A stretch of DNA of 64,000 nucleotides from Octopus vulgaris (taxonomy: Eukaryota). Positions 55,328 to 64,000 of this stretch are shown here, piece after piece. A program made the position numbers and the translations under genes. Numbering within the stretch: position 1 is the first letter of the stretch; every line of letters begins with the position of its first letter. The notes beneath the pieces were generated by a model. The model was given only the letters and a program-made list of their open reading frames with translations, was not told the DNA's origin and searched no databases. The DNA is taken from positions 75,826,001-75,890,000 of the forward strand of contig OX597817.1 of assembly GCA_951406725.2 (NCBI GenBank), written 5' to 3'.

Positions 55328-56411
55328 TATACTGTATGTGTGTTTGCCGTGTGTACACGCACACTTAACAGGCATATGTAATAGAACATTGTAGAATCAT
55401 GAGAAATTATATTTCTCAAGCGCCAATTACTTAGTTGACACGCAAAATTAATCTCAATTTTCAAATATTATAATAATAATTTAAACTAATAATTTGTCAA
55501 AATAGGCAATAATTTAATAAGTGCCCACTTGTCCTTTTTGTCTACTACCTATATCCTTATATCTTATAGCATTCTTTCTTACTCATGTAAAAAGAAACAC
55601 TTTGAAAATAAAATATATTCATATCACTCGCTACAGTACATTTTTACTTGGAGCAACGACCTTTTTAATTATTGTGTCTCTGAAATTTCATAATAATATA
55701 TTATGGAATCATCATAGCAATGAAAGATAAACGCAGAACTAAATAAGCTAATTTAATTTTTAATCCTTAGACTCAATTAAGAGTGCGTCATTGAATATAT
55801 TTATTTCATTATTGAAGTTGCAACACATAATTTCTTTTGAAACTGTCAAATAAGTTTCATTCAATTTATTTTACTTTAGTTAGCTTTTCAACAAGTTATT
55901 CTTCAATCTCCTCTAATTTAATGGATTACAAACTTACATAGCCAGCATCGATTCCAGACGATAGACACTTGTATTTCAATTTATCTCTATTTCTTATATT
56001 TTATGTTCATCATATAATCATTTATATTCAATTTTATTCATTTCCTCACATTTTATTGGAGTTTGATATCATGTTTTCTTTATAATATTTTTCGTTGAGA
56101 AAAATCATTGTTTCAACAAATTCCAAATTGTTCTCGGTAATAACATGTAATATAATTTACATGTACATGTATTACTGATATGAAACAACACAGTAAAACT
56201 TAATGTTATTTAAAGCTTTGTATATTATACATTCATCCCTTTCTAATATCTAACAAAGTATGAGACATTTTACACAAAGTAGATATACATTTCTATCGAA
56301 TTTAATTTTCAGATTGCCTTTAACGCATCTATAGACATGTAAATTAAGCATAAATACACACACACAGGCACATACATATAAACTGACACAGACACACAAG
56401 CACACACACAC

Positions 56412-56571
<160 letters not shown>

Positions 56572-57049
56572 GTATGTATATATGTATATATGGTAGAAGT
56601 TGTTATATTTACAGCTGCACGTAGATTTATATAGTTCATTCTGCCTTCTGTATAGTTCTTAGGTAACTTCGAGTAGCATTACTACTAATTATGAAATACA
56701 AAGCAAACGTAGAAGAAACAGGAATAAACACTGCTTTATCCCTATGTATATATGTATGTATACACACACACACACACACGCACACGCGCACAGACACACA
56801 CACACACACACACATACACACATTTATATATTCACAGGATGAGATTCAGAAATGGTCAATATAGAAAATGATTAGTAGCGCTCAAATGATTTGAACTTAC
56901 ACTCTGAAATCTTTATCGAGGACTAAGTTCAAAGATTTAAACAGTGGCTATAACACGTATCTAGGTGAATACATATGGAGATAATGATGCAGTTAACAGA
57001 TAAAAGTGCTTGGGATAGATACATAAGATATAAATACATATATACGTTT

Positions 57050-57342
57050 TTTTGTTTGTTCCTTATCGAGCCATGCCTGGCTCATAAGGGCCAGTTTCCC
57101 GGTTTCCTTGCCGTATAGGTTCCCCACCTGGACGGGACGCCGGTCCGTCGCAGGTGAGCTGCAAGATGCAGGAGGAAAGAGTGAGAGAAAGTTGTGGCAG
57201 AAGTTCGCCATTACCTTCTGCCTGAGCCGCGTGGAGCTAAGGTGTTTCGCTCATAAACACACACATCACCCGGTCTGAGATTCGAACCTGCGATCCCTCG
57301 ACCGCGAATTCGCTGCTCTAGCCACTAGGCCATATGTCTCCA
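57050..57342 (-). mobile_element. SINE family C variant 2
   Basis: Reverse complement of the 52663 copy. Confidence 0.9.
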
Positions 57343-57527
57343 CATATATACGTATAAATAGAGAGAAACAAAAACTGAAAATATTCAGACGATGTATATA
57401 CATATACATACACTCATATATTCATATACTAAAAGAGCAGATTTACACTGAGTACACTGGCACAAGAAGTAGAGGAAGAAGATATGGTTTTAAGAGTCAG
57501 AGAGCTGTTTCTGGGGGCTCGAAATTA

Positions 57528-58187
57528 ACGTATATACTCGGGTAAAAGTCAAATTTTTTAGACCATTTTTCTAAGGTCAAATTTACGGGGTCGATTATTA
57601 CAGGTACACTACTTTTGAAGGGCTGAAATTCGAGCTAGAGTTCGAAGTACCGCATCAACAGTAGAAGCCCAACTGATTTGTAAGCGAATGGTAACAAATG
57701 CACAATGAATTACAGAAACATAAACAATTCTATGCATGAAAACACACGTCCTAGTAAAATATAAACGTCTAGCGATTAAATTAATGTTTTTAGGCTTGCC
57801 TTTGTACGAATTTAGACAGTGGCGTTTGCCAGTGTTACATGTTTCTCACCATGTAAATAGCGAGTGTATGATGCATGTGTTTATTGCAGCATATCCTGTG
57901 CATACACATTACAAATGGTGATATACTATAAGCACCGTGCATTCCATTATAAGCACCAAGCATTCCACCTATAGAACAGGCTATAGTAAAGTAGCCACAC
58001 AATTTTGTAACAGTGTTATTTCTACGTCCAGGATAATACGGTACCTTGACCCACAAATGTTATCCTGTTGTTTGTGAAATACTACAGTCGAATTTTATAC
58101 GGGGTCTATGGAAAATTCTCAATTTTTTGGCTAAAAAATAGGGGCTCGACTTTTAAATGAGATCGACTATTACACGAGTATATACGG
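57528..58187. mobile_element. pogo/Tigger-type MITE with TA TSD
   Basis: TIRs CGTATATACTCGGGTAAAAGTC / GACTATTACACGAGTATATACG. Confidence 0.8.
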
Positions 58188-58972
58188 TACGTCATAATGT
58201 TGGCAGATGTAGTTCGCAAAAAGTCAAGGATATGCAAGCAGTAGTGTATTCATATAAACATTAGGTAAACCCAGCTTCCGTTTTCAGGGTGGAGGGATAG
58301 GTTTTTAACATTTCAAATCATAATGCAGGGAAGTTTAAAGATAGAATGGGTGAAGTGAAAGTTAAAGGTAGAATGGATGAAGAGAAAGGTCAACAGAAAC
58401 AAGTGGAGGGAAGAAGTTGGCGGCGCGAGGGGTGTGTGGGGAGTGTTGAAACAAGTAAGGAGGAAAAGAGATAAGAGAGTCAGAGGAAGAGGAAGGGGGG
58501 GTAAGTGACCAGTGTATTGAAAGAAATAGAGGTAGAAGTGGGGAGTCGGGAGATGAGTGATAAGGGTGGGATGGAGAGGATTTTGAAGGGTGGTCGTTGT
58601 TGCTGGGTTTGAAAATGATATTAGTTAGGTACGGCTGCGATATAGCATTGAAAAAGCGAGAAAAGAGAGGACGAGTATTAAAATAAATGGCAGGGACCTA
58701 GTTGTAGACACCTATAGGGTGACGAAAGGGGAATTCGAAGAATGAATGGTGGGTTGGAGACAGAGGGAGAATATTGAAGTGGGTAGAAAGTTATAAGAGT
58801 AAACAGAGAAAGGACAGAGAGAGAAAGAGAGAGAGAGAGAGAGATAAAGAGAGAGAGAGAGAGAGAGAGAGAATAAGAAGGATATATTGGTAACAAAGGC
58901 AAGGGGTAGTTCGTGATAATTAGTCCTGGTTGAAAAAGGTAGGTAGAGATGAGAAAGGAAGTCGAAGTATAA

Positions 58973-59056
<84 letters not shown>

Positions 59057-59136
59057 TGTTATATTTCGGAATGGTCATACAGACCAATAAAAAATCTTGC
59101 ACAACAAATATTTAAACGTATATATATATACATACA

Positions 59137-59172
<36 letters not shown>

Positions 59173-59217
59173 CATATACGTATATACATACACATATATA
59201 TATATATATATACATAT

Positions 59218-59248
<31 letters not shown>

Positions 59249-59281
59249 CATACATACGCTCATATATATTATATATACGTA

Positions 59282-59312
<31 letters not shown>

Positions 59313-59461
59313 ATATACATATACATATATATATATATGTATATACATATCTATATCTATCTATCTATCTATCTATATACCTATCTATCTATATATATAT
59401 ATATATGTAAATATTACATTATATAACTAGGGCTTAGTAAAATAAATTACTTTGCCACACG

Positions 59462-59495
<34 letters not shown>

Positions 59496-59627
59496 CATAT
59501 ACATATACATATACATACATTCATATATAAAATATCTAGTGTTTGGTGCGATGTACAGAAATTGAATATTGAGAAAAAAAAGTCGTCAGAATTTTGTAAA
59601 AAAAAAATCTTTTTATTTCTTCATTGT

Positions 59628-59665
59628 TATTAGCACTTTCGTTCCTTTCTCGAACTTGTCAAATC
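59628..59665 (-). ncRNA. Minimal HHR, U3-A8 covariant core
   Basis: AT-TTGACAA-GTTC-GAGAAAG-GAAC-GAAA-GTGC-TA-AT. Confidence 0.55.
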
Positions 59666-60070
59666 AAATTTTTTGTGAACAGCGTGTTCATTTATATAAA
59701 ACACGTTTTTTTTTTTTGGATTTTGTTTAGAAGAGAACATTATTTTTGTTATTTTGGGGTGAGGTTCCATGACAATGGAGATAGATAAATAGAAATATAG
59801 GTATTTAGATAGGCTGATAAATAGATGGATAAATAGATAGAGGGATAGATAGATAGTCAGACAGATAGAAAGATAGGTGGAGGGAAAGAGAGACAGAAGA
59901 CGTATACTCCTTCCTATTCACCATTGATTCATTTATTTATTCAGGGAAGAAGTCACCATCCTTAAACCCATTCCAATACAATGGAAAGGGAATAAATAAA
60001 TAAATAAAAGAATGAATGGTAAATAGGAAGGGGGATACTCCTTCTCTCTCTCTTTCTGTCTTCATATCAG

Positions 60071-60228
<158 letters not shown>

Positions 60229-60378
60229 GATCAGCCCATCGACATACCTATATTTCTATCTAGCCATCTCCATTGTCATGGAACCTCACCCCCGCCAACA
60301 AAATGCTCTCTTTTAAACAATATCCCCGAACATCTGTTTTATATAAATGAACAAGCTGTTTGTACATTCACAGAATTG

Positions 60379-60416
60379 TATTTGACAAGCTCGAGAAAGG
60401 AACGACAGCGCTAATA
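60379..60416 (+). ncRNA. Minimal HHR, U3-A8 core (GAAA mutated to GACA)
   Basis: TAT-TTGACAA-GCTC-GAGAAAG-GAAC-GACA-GCGC-TA-ATA. Confidence 0.5.
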
Positions 60417-60466
60417 ATAATGAAGATTTCCTCCTCCTCCTCCTCCTCCTCCTCCTCCTCCTCCTC

Positions 60467-60499
<33 letters not shown>

Positions 60500-60523
60500 C
60501 TACTACTACTCCTACTACTACTC

Positions 60524-60595
<72 letters not shown>

Positions 60596-61924
60596 TATGA
60601 AAAAAAATAGGTCTCATGTATAATCACTTTCATCAGCTTACAAATGTTCCGGCTATAAAAGCATTGCCCTCAGTCCTGAGCGCTCGTGCGACAACTTATA
60701 ACAGAAACAGCTGTTAGCTTAAGAATGTGATTATGTAACGCGTGTTCTTTTGTTAGTCGTTAATAGGTATTATGCTCTGTACCCACCTGATGGTATAAGT
60801 ATGCTGAGTTCTAAGTTGTAGTTATTAGCATTATTCTGCCTGCGTGAGAACAGAAAATGTATACATACATGCATACATAAATACACACACGTGCGTACAC
60901 ATGCATACATACATATATACGAGCACATGCATACGCACACACAAACATACATACAGAGACACACAGGAACACAAACAGACAGACACAGACACAAATATGC
61001 ATATATATTTTTTCAAATATGTGTGCATGTCTGTGCATGAATGATAATACACACATTAGCTGCTTCCTAGTGTTGATAACGCGCTTAAATATTAAATCAA
61101 TGGAGTCTACCCATAAAGAAGTAAAAAAATATAATTCCAATTATATATAATTTGGTGTTGATTTTAGGGTGAGTAAATTTTGCTTGGAATAATTACAATC
61201 GAAACATCGATGAAAACAGAAAGAATAATATGCGTGTCCTTTTTAGTACATCGAACATAAATTGAATTGGATCTACGTAAGAAACAACATGAGATATTGT
61301 TAATCCTTTTGTAAATGGCAAGTACGCCTTAGTCAATCAATAACACCTGTTTCCATAATGTCAACCGGATATTCTTGGAATATAAGTCTATCGCTAGAAT
61401 TGTTCTCAAATGTCTATGGCACTTATCTCATATTGTAGTGTGAGTAGTAGTGTGCATTATACGATTGTTATTCCAAAAATATAAGCTGAAAGAGAAGCTT
61501 TACAGAGTTTCTCCCTGATCTAAGCAGGCCGAAAATATGCCACCAAAAGATATGGAACATCGTACGGTTTTTAAGACAGGGAAGTCACTAGAATACAATG
61601 CAGACTGTATTGCACTAGAAAGGAAACATAAACAAAGCCACATCCACATTGGTTGAATTCACTTCGTTCTCGTTTCAACGAACGTACTCAATGACGCTGC
61701 CTGAGGTGTCATAAGCGTTAGACCCGAAACAGCTGGTAGCGGCACTGAAAGAAAATGAAATGAAAGGCCTTAGCTCCACTCTGAAGGCGAACTATTCGAG
61801 ATCAACTTTCGAGGTACTGATCCTAAAAGTATCTACACGAATACAAAAAAGAAAACGTAATCAGTATGAACTAAACCAGTACATCAACAGTCACAAGAAA
61901 ACAACTACAGTAATAATTCACAAG

Positions 61925-62115
61925 GTCAGCGGTTTTGAGGGGAGGGATAAGTAGATTACAACGACCCCAGTGCTACACAGCTACTTATTTTATCGACCCC
62001 GAAAGAATGAAACGTAAAATCGACCTCGGCGGCATTGAACTCAGAACATAAAATTAAAGTACTTGCCGCTAAGCATTTTGTCTAGTGTGCTAACGATTCT
62101 GCTAGCTCGCCGCTT
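61925..62115 (-). mobile_element. SINE family B, single-domain copy
   Basis: TACTTATTTTATCGACCCCGAAAGAATGAAA…GAACTCAGAAC…TAACGATTCTGCTAGCTCGCC. Confidence 0.8.
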
Positions 62116-62206
62116 TAGCAAAAACAGTAATAACAAGAATAAGATGAAGACTTAGAAGAACAGTAGAAACATAAACTCCTTAACACCACTGATATAATAT
62201 AAAATA

Positions 62207-63414
62207 TTAGGTTGTCAAGAAAGTTCTTGCGGTTTTTAACCTTTAAATTCAGATGCACACACATCGGCTCATACAAAACTTTATCAATCGAAATAAACAT
62301 CAGAATCAAAGCACTTTTGCCAACGCGAAACAAGTGTATTTATGCCAGTAGCGTAAAAATCCCGCGTTCTGTTGGCGATGAAGTCGTTGAAGGCGTGTTT
62401 GGCATCGTCTTCGTTTTTGAAGTATTTCTCACGCAGGAAGTTGTCGAGATGCTTGAAAAAGTGGTTGTCGGTAGGCGAGAGGTCTGGCGAGTATGGCAGA
62501 TGAAACAGAGTTTCGTAGCCCAATTCGTTCAACTTCTGCTGGGTCAGTTATGCGATGTGCGGCCGAGCGTTGTCGTAGAGAAGAATTGGTCCTTTTCTAT
62601 TGACCAATGCTGGGTGTTGTCGGAGTTTCTTATGTATCTGATCCATTTGATGACAGTACTTTTCCGCCGTAATGGTTTCGCCTGGATCCAAAAAGCTGTA
62701 ACAGATGAGACCGGCCGCAGACCACCAAACAGTCACCATGATCTTCTTTTGGTGCAACTTTGGCTTCGGGAAGTGCCGTGGAGCGTCCAACCACTGAGTT
62801 GAGCGTCGCCGGTTGTCGTAAAGAATCCACTTTTCATCGCAAGTCATAATACGGTCGAGAAACGGGTCGTTCTTGTTGTGTAAAAGAAGGGAAGACGACA
62901 CTTCAAAACGGCGTTTTCTTTTTGGTTGTCGTTCAATTCGTTCGGCACCCATTTCCCAAGTATTTTTGTTTTTCCAATTTCTTTCAAGTGGTTGGAAATT
63001 GTTGTATACGTTACGTCTAATCTAAAAGCAAGCTCTCGAACAGTGGTGCATGGATTGGCTTCGACTAACTACGCTTATCATCTTCAAGACTCTCGTCACC
63101 GCTACGAAATTTCTTGAATCGCCATTGCGCTATACGTTCATTGGTGGTTGCTATGCCAAAAGCATCGTTGATATCGCCAGCTTTTTCAGCAGCTTTTCGG
63201 CCTAGCTTGAACTGGAATAAGAAAATTGTGCGAATTTGCTTTTTGTCCATGTTGTATTCAACGTTCCAGAAAAAAATGGCCTAATTATTCAAAAAGAAAA
63301 AGAGTAACACGATTAGATAGAGCGATAAACGGGCTATATAAAGTCAAAGTAATATAACGAAAATTAATTTAAAAGCAAAATTAAAATTCCGCAAGAACTT
63401 TCTTGACAAACTAA
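62207..63414 (-). mobile_element. Full-length but disrupted mariner element (Hsmar1/cecropia-like)
   Basis: TIRs TTAGGTTGTCAAGAAAGTTCTTGCGG / CCGCAAGAACTTTCTTGACAAACTAA, TA TSD; [48 protein letters not shown]. Confidence 0.92.
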
Positions 63415-63439
63415 TAACAAAATAAAAAGAAAAGGGACG

Positions 63440-64000
63440 TCTAGCCTACAAAAAACTCTCAAAATCTTTCCAGTTTGAACTTTCATAAGGCAAACTGGAA
63501 GCAAATTGAGAAAGAGATCCTCAAACAAAACTGGCCTAAATGTCTCTCCTCGCTGCACATCGATATGAAACTTCAACAATTCATGTCTGTAATGCAAGCC
63601 ATATCCCAAAAATGTGTCCCGGAGAGAAAGGCCACTGAACATAAGGAGAGGAAAGCTCTTATGTGACGGCGTAGAAAAATTTCAAATCACCTAAACAAAT
63701 CCACTTGAAAATACAACTGCTGGAGACTGAAAAGGATTTGCAACTCTCCCATGAAAACGAAAGAGCAGACAAAGAAGCATGGGCTATAGACAATATAAAA
63801 TCTTATCCCAGAGCCTAGTACAAGTTTGCCAAAGAAAAGCCTAAGTGCACTGCAAGGTAGTGCCACTCCTCGGGGAAGATGGTTCACTCACAGGAAACCC
63901 AATGACCATTTCAAAAGTGTTTTCATTCCACTCCCAGGACACTTGCAAGTCTAGCTGACTTTTTCGCCACTGCGGATATAAAAACAGAGGCAGTGATGAT
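63440..64000 (+). pseudogene. CR1-group LINE ORF2 fragment (post-endonuclease linker)
   Basis: NFHKANWKQIEKEILKQNW…CVPERK, then a decayed PRA.YKFAK and NDHFKSVF. Confidence 0.6.

Noticed and set aside
61695-61743. CGCTGC-CTGAGG…GACCC-GAAAC-AGCT-G-GTAGCG HHR-like string
   Set aside because: Core and NUH both incomplete; may be a decayed HHR but is not counted.

Overview
Eukaryotic, AT-rich, intergenic/intronic DNA dominated by microsatellites [(TA)n, (CA)n, (TACA)n, (TATC)n, (TAA)n, (TAC)n] and transposable elements. The SINE families and microsatellite load suggest a cephalopod (Octopus-like) genome, which is an inference. I found no intact host protein-coding gene, and nearly all supplied ORFs are microsatellite translations. 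Recognisable elements: at least five tRNA-headed SINE families; a 5'-truncated R4/Dong-type RT+RLE LINE; remnants of mariner (one full-length), maT, pogo/Tigger, Chapaev-type and hAT transposases; a non-autonomous Helitron; MITEs; CR1/Jockey-like fragments; and two Penelope-like element (PLE) GIY-YIG endonuclease remnants. The main hidden signal is about 18 minimal type-I hammerhead ribozyme (HHR) motifs from roughly ten sequence families. They lie mostly in short PLE pseudo-LTR-like units between (TA)n arrays. Several have family-wide non-canonical cores (CUGUNGA, CCGAYGA, UUGAYAA), several form fold-back or inverted pairs, and one sits inside a tRNA-headed SINE. An ORF1-only L1/Tx1-type element with a 13-bp TSD is inserted in a SINE tRNA head. 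All structures were read by eye, and none was computed or database-checked.
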